Origin: Rebecca billardiae RCC1528
Taxonomy: Eukaryota; Protista; Haptophyta
DNA length: 64,000 nt
Reading direction: 5' to 3'
NCBI GenBank assembly: GCA_965240325.2
Contig: OZ251254.1
Span: 1 to 64,000 of the forward strand
Shown piece by piece: positions 12,113 to 23,002 of the stretch. The first letter of the stretch is position 1. Every line of letters starts with the position of its first letter. The translations under genes and the position numbers were made by a program. The notes under the pieces are model-generated. The model had not been told where the DNA came from. It saw only the letters and a list, made by a program, of their open reading frames with translations, and did no database searches.

Positions 12113-13501
12113 TCAGTGCGCGGCCGCGTGCGCGTGCAGCGACGCATTGGTCGCGCCGTGCGGCGTGAAGACGCCGCCGGCTGTGTAGTAGTGCTTCTTG
12201 CTCGCGGCCTCGGCGGCGGCGTCCTCCTGCGCCTTGCGCTGCTTCGCGCGCGCCTCCGCCTTCGCCTTCTCCACCGCCGTCATCGCCTTCCCCTCCGCCG
12301 CGTGCGGCCCGGACTCCTGCCGCACCAGCTCCGCCTCGTCGCCCACGAGGGACGACAGGGAGAAGTGCCCCGCGGCCACGCCCTCGGGCTTGCCGCCGTC
12401 GTGCACGATCTGAGAGAGGTCGCGCGAGTTGCGCCGCTGGCCGAGGGCCTTGGGCGCGGCGCCGCCGTCGGACGGGCGCCTGCCCGTCACCTTCTTCGGC
12501 GCCTCCACCGGCTCCTCCTGCGCGGCGCACGGCGCACGCGGGCGGTTGGGCCATCAGATCAGCTCAGCTCGGCTCAGCTCAGGCCGGGCCGGGGCATGCG
12601 CGCGCGCGGCGGCGCGCGGCGCGCGGCGGGCTGGCGCGCGGCGGCGCGGGTCGCGCACCGGGTCGTGCAGCGTGAAGGCGCTCTGGTACTCGTCCGCGAG
12701 CAGCGACGACACGCTCGTGTTCACCGGCCGGTGCTTCTCCGCGCCGGCGATCGAGATGAGCTCCTCGCGCGTCGTGTTGCGCGAGCGGCTGAGAGTGCCG
12801 TCGCCGTCGGTCGCGCGGCGGCCGTTGAGCGAGGGGCGGCCGCGCGGCGCGTTCTTCGCGGCGAGCGCCGCCGCCTGCGCCCGCGCCCAGGGGCGGGGTG
12901 GGGAGGGCAGGGGGCGCGCACCGAGCGGGCGCGCGTGAGCGGCCGGAACGGGACGGGCGAACGGGACGGGACGGGCGCGGGCGCGCGCCGCGCGCACCTG
13001 CTGCGCCTGCAGCTCCTGGTAGTCCTGCGAGCCGTCGTCGGGGCGCAGCTCGTGCTCGTTGGCGAGCAGCTGCGACACCGACATCGGCACCGGCTTGTGC
13101 GTCTCCGCGAACTCGAGCGTCTGCGAGCGCGACTGCGACGAGTTGCGGTTGCGCATCAGCCCGCGGTCGGGCGGCGGCTGCGCCGAGGGCGAGGTGGGCT
13201 TGGGCGCGGGCTTGGGCGCGGCGGCGTGGTCGGCGGCGCGCTCCTCGTACGAGTGCATGTACCCGTGCGTCGCCACCGCGTCGTCGCCCACCATCTCGCT
13301 CAGGCTCGTCTTCACCGCCTGGTGCGCACCCGTCTTGAACGCGTCGACCGAGTGGCGCGGCGCCGCGGGCTTGTCGGCGAACTTGGGCGGCGCGTCGGCG
13401 TGCTTGGGCGCGGGCTTGGCCGGCGCGGGGGCGCGCTCGTCCTCGTCCGCGCGCTCCGGCGCGTACGAGCCGCCGAGGTCGGAGGCGTTGAGGCGGTCCA
13501 T
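12113..13501 (-). CDS. Hypothetical protein with internal repeats; exons 13501-12998, 12874-12659, 12517-12113
   Basis: Coding-like codon usage; phase-0 GT-AG junctions join in frame; no recognised family. Confidence 0.7.
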
Positions 13502-14217
13502 TTGTGCGGCGTGCGGCGGCGCGAAGGTCGGGGAGAGTGAGCGTCGCCCGTCGTCAGGTGGTTGTGGCTGGTCGGGCGTAGTTAGGAGCGGGTTTGGTCG
13601 GAGCGCGTGGTTCGTCACTGGCGCGTGCGGCGTCGGTTGACGAGGCAGCGCGGGCGCAACATCAGCGAGTGCTGGAAGGGGCGCGATTGCCATTAGGGCC
13701 TCATTATCGGTTACGCGACGAGGCCCGCGCTTCGTCGGCGCGCGTCGCGCCGCCGTGATTGGACGCAGGCCATGGGCGGCTTCGCGGAAACGGCGCGTTG
13801 ATTGGTTGGCGACGGGCCCATCTGCCCTAAGAATTGAGCCTCTTTGATGGCATGTCTGCAGTCGCCTTCGGTTGGCGAATACCGCCCAACCGCCAGATGC
13901 TAGGGAGATTGGCGTCCGGAGGCGACGCAGTTGAGAACCGGCTCTGGGTAGGCCAAAAAGGAGATGTACAGCAACAAAGCCAAGCCGAAGCGGCTTTGGC
14001 TGATGAAACAAAAAGCCGCGGTCCGAAAAAGGCCGGCTTGTTTTTCCCCGCGATTTTTTCAGACGAGTAACGACGACGCTAGATTCAGTGACCGGAGTCA
14101 GTCTTCAAGTCACTGCTATGATGATTCGCAGACTCGACTGCTCGTGGCTGCCACCCGGCGGCAGAGGCCGCCCGGACGCGCCACGCCGCGCGCGCACGCC
14201 GCGGCACGCATCCCGCT

Positions 14218-15408
14218 TCACGGGATCGCGATCGACAGCGACTGGTCGAGCTCGACGTCCGACGAGGCCACCACCTGCGCCCCGCGCCGCGCGGACGTGA
14301 CCGGTCGCGGCGCGCACTCGCGCGTCACTCGTCAGCCACCCGCGCCGCCGCCGCGCGCCCCGCCGCGAGCACGCACGCCCCGGCTGCCGGCGCCGCCGCG
14401 CACCTCGCAGAACTCCTCGAACGACACCTTCCCGTCCTTGTCCTTGTCCGCGAAGATCATCGTCTTGTCCACCACCTGCTGCAGCTGCACGTCGCCGAGG
14501 TTGTCGCCCACCATCATCTTGAGCACGGTGAAGAGCTCGCCGTTGGTGATGAAGCCGTCGCCGTCGATGTCGTAGATCTTGAAGGCCACTGCGAAGGGGG
14601 CGGGGCGGGGGGGTGCGGAGGGAGGGAGGCGCGGCGGCGGAGCGGCGGCGGAGGGCGCGGAGGGAGGCGCACACGCGCACGGGCGCACGCGCGCACGCGC
14701 GCGGAGGGGGGCGCACGCGCGCGGAGGGGGGCGCACGCGCGCGGAGGGGGGCGCAGAGGGAGGGCGCGTGAGCCAGCGGGGCGGCGTGCGCCACGCCGCC
14801 GCCGCCGCTGGCACACGCTTGCCCCCGGACAAACCCCCCTTCCCAACCCCCGCGCGCACTCTTGAGCTTGTCGCCCTCGTTCTCGGACGAAAAGACGGAC
14901 AGCGCGGTCACAAACTCCTGGAACGAAATCTCGTTGTCGTTGTCCTTGTCGAGCACGGCGAGGACGCGGCCGACGAGCGGGTTGGTCGCGATCGAGGGGA
15001 CCTGCATGAACTCTGCCCTCGAGATCTGCCCGGACCCGTCCTGCTCGCGCCCCGCGCCGCGCGCCGAGCGCGCGGCGCGCGCGCCGAGCGGTGAGCGCTG
15101 GGCGGAGCGCGCCCGCCCGCGGCGGCGGTGGGCGTGCGCGGCGGCGCGCACCTCGTCGAGTCGCCTGAACGCGCGCCAGAGCTTCTTCACCTCCGCCTCC
15201 GAGACTGCGCGCGCGCGCGCGCGCGCGCCGAGCACCCGCGTCGGCCGCGGCGCGCGCGGCGCCGCGCGGCGGCGGCGCTCGGCCGGCGCTCGGCGCGCGG
15301 CCGCGCGCGCGCGCGCGCGGCGGTCGGCGGCGCGCGCGCACAGTGCGAGCAGAGGAGCATCTCCTCCATCTCCTCCTGCGACAGGTTCTGCGACGCGCTG
15401 GCACCCAT
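14218..15408 (-). CDS. CNB1: Calcineurin regulatory subunit B (4 EF-hands, N-myristoylation Gly2), 5 exons
   Basis: MGASASQ..; [27 protein letters not shown]; [13 protein letters not shown]; [56 protein letters not shown]. Confidence 0.95.
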
Positions 15409-15605
15409 GCTGCCCCGGCGCGAGCCGCACGCGGGCGGGCTTGAGCGCGGGCTGCGGCTGTCGCCTGCTGTCGCCCCGGCGTGTGCTCGGGGGGGCCGCC
15501 TCCACCGTGGACCCCACTGCGACCGAGAGAGAGTTTCGTCGTCGGCCTTTTCGCTTGTATTTTCAATTTGAATGCGCTGCATTTATTTCTTCGCCTTCCT
15601 CGGAT

Positions 15606-16829
15606 TTAATCCGTGACGACTCGCGCCGAGCGGGCGGCGTCGGCGGCCGCCGCGCCGCGCCAGCGCCACACGCGCGTGACCTCCGCCCACGGCCGCGCGC
15701 CCGGCTCGACGCCCGCGCGCACCTCGAACGCCACCGCGAGCGCGTCGTACCGCAGCTCGAACACCGCGTGCTCCGCGCGCGCCGCGCCCGCGCGCAGCCG
15801 CCCCTGGTGCAGCGCGCGCGGGTCGAGCGCAATCGCCTCCGCCGCGCCGCGCCACCACTCGCCGAGCGTGCGCGCGTGGGCGAGGGCGCGGGCGCGCACG
15901 GCGCAGAGCGCGGCGAGCTCGGCGTGCGGCGGCGCGCCCCGCGCCGCGCCCGCCTCCGCACCGTCCGGCTCCGCCGCCGCCGCGTCGAGCAGTCCGGCGC
16001 GCGCGGCCGCGCTCAGCGCCGCGCGGCCGAGCGGCGGCGCGGCCTCGGGCGCGCACCACGCGGGCCAGCGCGCGGCGGGGACGCGGTCGTGGGAGACGTA
16101 CGGCTTGACGTCGAGCACGGGCGTGCCGTCGAGCAGGTCCACCCCCGACAGCTCCAGCGTCGCGCGGCCCCCCGCCACCGCCACACCCTCCAGCGCGACC
16201 ACGCTCAACCCAAGCGGGCTCGGCCGGTGCGGCGAGCGGGTCGCGAGCGAGCCCACGCTCGCGCCGCCGAGGCGCGGCGGGTGCACCTTGGCGCGCACGC
16301 CGCGCGGCGCGCGCGCGGCGGCCCCGTCGGCGGCGCCGCCGGCGGCGCCGCCGCCGCCCAGCTTCGCGCCGTTCGTGTTCTCGTGGAACACGAAGAGAAG
16401 CCACACGTGTGAGAAGCTTCGCAAACCTTCGACGGCGGCGGCGGGCGCGACGGCCGGGTCGAGCGGCAGGGACGCGCGCGCGGAGGGGGCGAGGAGGCCC
16501 TGGCGCGGCGTGCCGCGCCGGTCGACGAAGGGCGAGGCGATCCGGCCCACCACGCGCCAGCCCGCGAGCAGCGCGGACGCGTCCGACGCGCCGTCGGCGG
16601 GCGCGGCGGCCGCGCCGCCGCACGCGCCGCCGCCAGACGCGCCGCCGCGCAGCCGGCGCTCGGCGGCGGTGCGGCCGGCGCGCTCGGCGGCGCGCAGCTC
16701 GGTCTGGCGGCGCAGATCGGCGGCGAGCCGCCGCGCGCGCCGCGTCTGCACCGCCAGCGCCGCGCCGAGCGCGAGCCCGACCGCCGCGGCCAGCCCGCAC
16801 GCCAGCCGCGCGCCGACGCCGCCCGCCAT
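15606..16829 (-). CDS. TRMO: tRNA m6t6A37 methyltransferase TrmO (TsaA/YaeB-like domain)
   Basis: GRIASPF..RRGTPRQG; EGLRSFSHVWLLFVFHEN; KVHPPRLGG..GSLATRSPHRPSPLGLS; GVDLLDGTPVLDVKPY; N-terminal TM segment followed by ERAGRTAAERRLR. Confidence 0.93.
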   Translation of the reverse strand: MAGGVGARLACGLAAAVGLALGAALAVQTRRARRLAADLRRQTELRAAERAGRTAAERRLRGGASGGGACGGAAAAPADGASDASALLAGWRVVGRIASPFVDRRGTPRQGLLAPSARASLPLDPAVAPAAAVEGLRSFSHVWLLFVFHENTNGAKLGGGGAAGGAADGAAARAPRGVRAKVHPPRLGGASVGSLATRSPHRPSPLGLSVVALEGVAVAGGRATLELSGVDLLDGTPVLDVKPYVSHDRVPAARWPAWCAPEAAPPLGRAALSAAARAGLLDAAAAEPDGAEAGAARGAPPHAELAALCAVRARALAHARTLGEWWRGAAEAIALDPRALHQGRLRAGAARAEHAVFELRYDALAVAFEVRAGVEPGARPWAEVTRVWRWRGAAAADAARSARVVTD

Positions 16830-17080
16830 CGCGGCCTCCCCACCACAGGAGGCAGGAGGCCCAGTCCGGGCGCGCCTCGTCGGGCCGGGCCGCCCCCGGA
16901 CGGCCCGCGCGCGCGCGGCGGCGCGTGCTGCGCGTGCGCGGGTGTGCGCGCGAGTGTCGTCAAGCGCACGCCGCCCCCATCCCACGAGGGGCGCAGCTTC
17001 TGTCGGCCCGCCTCGCAGCCGCGGCCCTCGCCCTCGCACCCGCGCGCACGCAGCCCAGGCCGCCCGCACCGCAGCCCAGC

Positions 17081-18256
17081 ATGACCACGCCCTTCAACTA
17101 CGCCACGCAGGACGACTGCTGCGCCGACTGGCTCGAGGAGGACGAGCACCACCCGCCGGGCGGCGGCGGGCACCACGGCGGCCACGGCGCGTACGACGAC
17201 GGCTCGTGGGGGGTGGACGAGACGATCTACACGACGGCGATCGACACGAGCAAGTTCTCCGCCGAGCAGATCGCCCGCGCCGAGGAGCTCGCGCGCCAGA
17301 TCCAGCGCGAGAGCGTCACGCGCAAGATCGGGCGGGGCGGCGGGCCGGCGGGCGGCGCTCCGGCGTATGGCGGCCTCGACCCGAGCGTCGAGTCGCTGGG
17401 CTCGGCGGAGGACGCGCTGGCGCTGCTGCAGCAGCGGAACCAGCAGCAGCAGCACCACCAGCACCACGCCCAGGCCCACCCGTACCCGCAGTACGCCCAG
17501 CCGCACCAGCCGCCGCCGCAGCAGCAGCCGCAGCACTATGCGGGCGGCGGCGCGCCCGCGGGGCCGGCCGGGGCGTACGGGGGGCAGCACATGCCGCCGC
17601 AGCCGATGGTGACGCCCCCGGACAAGCAGGCGGCGCAGGAGACGCTGCTCGTCGGCTGGCTGCAGCAGGTGCGCCCGCGCCGCGCCGCGCCGCGCCGCGC
17701 CGCGCGCGACCGCCGCGCCGCGCCGCGCCGCGCCGCGCGCTCACGCGCCGCGGCCCGCGCCCGCCGCCCTCCGCCCTCGCCGCCGCCGCCGCCGCGTCCG
17801 GCGCCGCAGGAGCTCCAGCGCGTGATCGCGCTGATCGGCGCGCAGGGCGACCCCACGCCGGCGCAGGCGCGCAACCTCCTCAACGCGTACTGCACCACCG
17901 TCACCGCCACCATTCCCTACTCGCCCGCCGACGTGAAGGCCGCCGTGATCGGCTGCTTCCGAGCGGCGCACTGGGACGTGCCGACGCGCCGGCCGGTGGC
18001 GGGGAGCCAGCCGCCGAACGGCCGCGCGATCTGCGAGCTGATCGCGAGCCTGGGTGCGCGCGCGCGCCCGCGCGCCGCGCGCCGCGCCGCGATGGACCGA
18101 CGCGCGCGCTCGCGCGGCCGTGCGCGTGTGCGCGCGCGCGCGAACTTTCCAGGAACGTTCTTCTCGCCGCGCGTGGGCAAGCAGCCGCCGCCGCCGGGGC
18201 TCGTCGAGCGCAAGCTGGCGGAGCTCGCGGCGCGCGCGCCGCCGGCGCGGCAGCCG

Positions 18257-18291
<35 letters not shown>

Positions 18292-18769
18292 GCCGCAGCA
18301 GCAGGGCCGCGCGCCCGGCGGTTACGCCGGCGGTTACGCGCCGCCGAACGGCGCCGCGGCGAACGGCGGCGGCCGCGGCGCCGGCGGCGGGCGTGGCGCC
18401 GGCGGCGCCGGCCGCGGCTTCCCGCCGCTCGGCGCTGACGGCGGCAGGGGCCGCGCCGGCGCCGGCGCCGGCCGCGGCTACCGCGGCGCCGACGGCGGCG
18501 GCGCGCCGCCCGGCGGCGCCGCCGCGACAGAGCGACGCAGCGGCGGCGGCCGGGGCGGCGGCCGCGGGCCGCGCGCCGAGGGCGGCGGCGAGCTCGGCCG
18601 CGGCGGCGGCCGCGGTGGACGTGGCGGCCGCGGCGCCGCCGACGGCGCGGCGGCCGGGGCGCAGGGGCAAGCTGGCCGCGGCGGCGGCCGCGGCGGCGGC
18701 CGCGGCGGCGGCGGCGGCGGCGGGCGCGCGGGCGCGCGCGGCGGCGGCCGCGGCCCGACCGCGGCCTGA
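17081..18769 (+). CDS. LsmAD-motif protein with Gln/Pro-rich regions and an RGG tail; introns 17669-17809, 18054-18152
   Basis: DETIYTTAIDTSKFSAEQIARAEELARQIQ resembles the Ataxin-2/Pbp1 LsmAD motif; polyQ and RGG repeats. Confidence 0.7.
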
Positions 18770-19543
18770 GCCGCCGCCGCGCCCAACTCCCCCAAGAGCG
18801 CGCGCGCGCGCGCGGCGCGGGTGCGCGCGGGTGCGCGCGAGGCGGCGCGCCAGCCGACGCGCCCGGCCGCCCCGGACGAGGCGGCGGCCGGACTCTCCAG
18901 AGTCCGGGAGAGTCCGGGCCGCGCCGAGCCGGCGCGGACGCGCGCGGCGCGCGACGGCGGCGCCGCTGCCGCCGACTCGGCGCTGGCTGGCGGCAGGCTG
19001 CGGCGTGGCGGCCGCGGCGGCGCACGGCGGGCGGGCCGGGAGTCGGCCCGCGGCGCGCCCGAGCGAGCCGCGCGCGTGCGCCGTGCCACCTCGCTCGCTC
19101 GCTCGTCGGTTGCGGCGGCGCGGCCGTCGGACGGCTGCCTCGCCGCCGCCCGGCCCGGTCGGATGCGCGCCCAGGCGTTCCCGTTGCTGCGACTGTGACG
19201 TCCCGTGCAGCAGTAGCGGTGCTGCCCAGACGCGCTGCCAGGCCGACTACCGTTCTCGACCGGAGCCGCCGTGACGCGCTCCGGACGCATCACCCGCGTC
19301 GTGGCGGTCGCCGCCGCCGTCGAGTTGGCGAGCTTTTCTATCTCTAGATCTATTCAGGCGCGGTGAGATGACGACTCGGTCCGACTAACTGCTGCCAATT
19401 ATAGCACTAGTCGGAGCAGTAGTACAGCATCGCAGCATCATTCGGATCCGCCGTGCCAGCCGCTTAGTAGTTTGGCCAGTTGCCAGTAGCAGCCGCAGTC
19501 CGCGGCCGTGCCGCGTGCGGCGCCTGCCGCCGCTGGGGATTCA

Positions 19544-19575
19544 ATATATATATATATATATAATATAATATAATA

Positions 19576-19664
<89 letters not shown>
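19544..19664. repeat. (TA)n microsatellite in an AT-rich intergenic island
   Basis: Directly visible. Confidence 0.95.
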
Positions 19665-19666
<2 letters not shown>

Positions 19667-20434
19667 TTCCGTATATACGCGACGACTACTACTGTTAGTC
19701 GGTGGCGGCGCGCCACTCTGACACCGCCGGCTGCCCGCGAGTACCCAGCGTGGCTAAGTACGGTGCGGCAGCAGTACGACGTCACGCACGGTCATCCCGA
19801 CCCAGCGGGCAGCGCGCCGCGCCAGCTAACTGCCGCGGCCGCGCCCGTGACTGTGACGCTGCGCCCGTCGTCATATCAGCATCATATATGCGCTACTTCT
19901 AATTGTCTGCCGTGGCGGCAGCCCTAAGCCCACGCCGCGGCCAGCGCGCGCCACTGCGGGCAGCGATGCGGCTTACAGCGCCGAGCCGCATCGGCCCGGG
20001 ATCGTCGTCATTGATTGATGAAGTTCGAACGGGCATGATGTCAGCACGGCGGATCAAGGGGTTCGAGCGGCGGTTGCCGGTAGTTGGCAGGGCATGCAAG
20101 CCTCGCGCGCGCGGTCAATATTGCTGCTGAACGAATAATTAATAATCGCGCCAATAACTACGTACTAGCTAGTTCCGCGGTTTCCCGGACCAGCGCAGCA
20201 CTGAGGCTCACTCGGACTCAGACAGAGTCTGAGGTGACTGAGGCAATAAGGCGCCACGGGCCCGCCGTCATTAATGAAGGGCCGACTACTATGCTGTAGG
20301 TTAGCCACAGCGCAGGGAGTCTGATCAGGGGCCCAGGGCGCGGCCGCTGCTCCGACTCTCCGAGTCCGCCGCGCTAGGGCGGCCGGCGGAGGCGGTGGCG
20401 GCCACTGATTAATAGCAGCTAGTACTACTACTGT

Positions 20435-20482
20435 ATCTCGCCTGCCTGAGCTGTGTGCGTCTCTTATTCTTAGTAAACTGTA
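20435..20482. repeat. Dispersed ~46-bp repeat, copy A (other copies 39237-39289, 39402-39446, 42135-42182; degenerate 42184-42236; fragment 43621-43632)
   Basis: TCGCCTGCCTGAGCTGTGTGCGTCTCTTATTCTTAGTAAACTGTA is identical in copies A, C and D. Confidence 0.92.
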
Positions 20483-21489
20483 GCGGCCCCCGCGCGCCGC
20501 GCTGCCGCCCAGCGGTGACAACTGTCGTGCAGACGGTGCGCCGTGTCCACCGCAACACAGCCAACGTCGAGCTCGTGCGCGCGCCGCTCATCAAGCGCGT
20601 GCTCGCGGGGATGCTGCGCGAGTTCGTGCGTCGCCACGGCTCTGAGGCGCTCCTCCCGCAGCGCAAGGAGCCGCTGGGGGCCCAGCACCTCCGCGACATC
20701 TTTGCGCGCGCCGGCGGCGCGCGCGTGGCGGGGCGCATTGTCGACTGGCGTGATCCATTCTGGATCGGCATGCGGGCGTTGCTCGTCACGCTCTACTTCG
20801 GCGCGCTGCGCAAGGCGGAGGTCGCGACTGCGGACAACGACTCGTTTCACGCCGGCTGCCTATCGCGGGCGTCGCTCACTTGGCGGCTGGGCGGCGTCCT
20901 CGTCGCGATGCCTTCCGCGCAGCAGCTGCGCGCGCGCGCGCGCGGGGATTTTGCAGTGCTTCGCCCGCCGTGCTCCAAAAGCGACGCCTTTGGCGACGTC
21001 TATGGCGCCGATCCGATCTACCTGCCCGTGCTCCCCGGCGATGCGCTCGATCCCGGTGGCGCTCTCGCCGTGCACGTGCTAGCCGACCCGGTCGCGCAGG
21101 GCGCGCAAGCGTCCACGCCGCTCTTCTGCTCGGCGCCCGGCTCGCGCGCGCCGTTGCGGCACCAGCTCGTCGACAGCGTGGTCGACGGGCTGCTCTGCGC
21201 CATCATGCAGCCAGCTGACGCACGAAAGTACTCGGCGCACAGCTTCCGCATCGGCGCCGCCTGCGCTCTTCTCTCGGGAGGCGCCTCCAGGGACCTCATC
21301 CAGCGCATCTGCCGGTGGCGTTCAGACGAGTGCCCCCGCATCTACGCGCGTCTGACCGCCGAGATGTACGCGCAGCAAGTGCTGCGGATGGCTTCCTCGC
21401 CGGTGCACAGTCGCTTTGCGGCGGACCTCCCGCCCATCGACAACGACGATATCGCCGGCGGCGTGAGCACACTCCTCGGCTCGCAGTAG
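20483..21489 (+). mobile_element. DIRS/Ngaro-type tyrosine recombinase ORF, 5'-truncated
   Basis: Catalytic motifs in order: LYFGALRKAE (R), CSKSD (K), YSAHSFRIGAA (HxxR), ICRWRS (W), RIYAR (Y). The HSFRIGAA/RWxS pattern is typical of YR retrotransposons. No RT or RNase H is visible in the window. Confidence 0.9.
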
Positions 21490-21512
21490 GCCCTGTCGTT
21501 AGCCGGCAGCTT

Positions 21513-21736
21513 GTGACCTTTGTAGGCACACCCGTGACCTTTGTAGGCACAGCCTTTGTAGGCACACCAGTGACCTTTGTAGGCACAGCCTTTGTAGGCA
21601 CACCAGTGACCTTTGCAGGCACAGCCTTTGTAGGCACAGCGCCTTTGTAGGCACAGCCTTTGTAGGCACAGCCTTTGTAGGGCTGTAGGCACAGCCTTTG
21701 TAGGCACAGCCCTTGCGGGCCGGACCCTTGTAGGTC
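21513..21736. repeat. Minisatellite of CCTTTGTAGGCACA units (15- and 21-bp variants, about 13 units), followed by a poly-C tract and A8 (to 21838)
   Basis: Directly visible, starting 24 bp after the YR stop codon. Confidence 0.92.
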
Positions 21737-21977
21737 CCCTCCCACCCGCCCCCGGCCCCGAACTCACTCACCCAACCCCCCCCCCCCCCCCCCCCCGGCC
21801 CCCCACCCCACCCACCCACCCCCCCCCCCCAAAAAAAAGCGGCATTGCATTCGAGCCATGCATTTGCTGCTCAGCGTCGTGTGCCGCCTCTTTCGCGTCA
21901 CTCTCATGTACTCGCAGCCGCATCGTCTTCTTCTGCACCAATGCCATCTACGGGATCACTCCTGCTCATTAACGGGA

Positions 21978-22962
21978 CCTTGCCACCACATGCAATCGCT
22001 GTGGCACCGGCGGCTCAGTCGCTCTCCCCGTTCAGCCCGGAACAAATCCCAATCTCGATTATACATCATCGGCATATATCTATAGGCGATGCTACTTGGA
22101 GACAGCTTCGCTCTTCATGCAGGAGGACACGTGGCGTTATAGCGCAGCTATAACCGAGTGTGTCCGGAGGCTAGAAGGAGGCGATGCAGGCGTGCCGCTT
22201 GCGACCAAGGGCTTAATCCATCATCTGCCGCGAGTGCGTGATCCTGCAGGTGGTGACTGCTGGTACCCAATGGTGCCGGCTGCTCACGTTTCCGAGAAAT
22301 TGCTGCTCCACCATCTCGACCGACCCTTCAACAGACAACACCTGGGAGTATGTTTGACAAGATCTTTACTATCATCATGATGTGCTATTATTACGTTCTT
22401 CATCACCACTCATGGCAGCACCTCCTTTATGGCCTCATGTCCAACTCTTCTAAACGGCTCGCTCGTGTCTATTTATTTGGCGGCTCTCGAGATAGCATGT
22501 GCTGAGATCGATCTCTTGGGAGCTTCTCCATCAGCATCCAGGCAGCTTCTCATTCGTCAAGCAAGCGGCCAGCCCCAAGCTCATTATCGTTGTGGCCGCT
22601 TCTAGTAACTACGACCTGCTATCGAGCAGAGCCACTTGGGCATCCTCAGGCCCCCTGCTCATCCGCGCAGCAAAGCACAAAGAGGATCCATCGCCTCCCG
22701 TCGTGCTTCTTTGCGCGAAACCCACCATCCGCCCCTGCAGCCTCCGTATCTCAGTTGTCTGAGCTTGTCAGGGACCTGCAGTCTGTGCTGCGCTCGCCTG
22801 AGCCAGGGCCCTTGCCACCACATGCAATCGCTGTGGCACCGGCGGCTCAGTCGCTCTCCCCGTTCAGCCCGGAACAAATCCCAATCTCGATTATACATCA
22901 TCGGCATATATCTATAGGCGATGCTACTTGGAGACAGCTTCGCTCTTCATGCAGGAGGACAC
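21978..22962. repeat. Pair of identical 153-bp direct repeats (21978-22130, 22810-22962)
   Basis: CCTTGCCACCACATGC...GCAGGAGGACAC occurs twice, 832 bp apart, in lower-GC DNA. Confidence 0.92.
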
Positions 22963-23002
22963 ACATATATATATAGCGGTCATCATCATCAGATATCCTA
23001 CT

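Noticed and set aside
17669-18152. Stop-free introns with lengths divisible by three (also 44299-44418, 59632-59841)
   Set aside because: Expected by chance at this GC content; other introns in the window are not 3n
20435-20482. 46-bp repeat as a spliced-leader relic or a Tn5/Nextera adapter
   Set aside because: Most copies are not followed by a same-strand gene; only GTCTCTTAT is shared with the Tn5 end; diverged copies show it is genomic
21513-21736. CRISPR-like array next to a recombinase
   Set aside because: Inter-repeat segments are 1-7 bp and themselves repeated; there are no unique spacers or cas genes, and the context is eukaryotic
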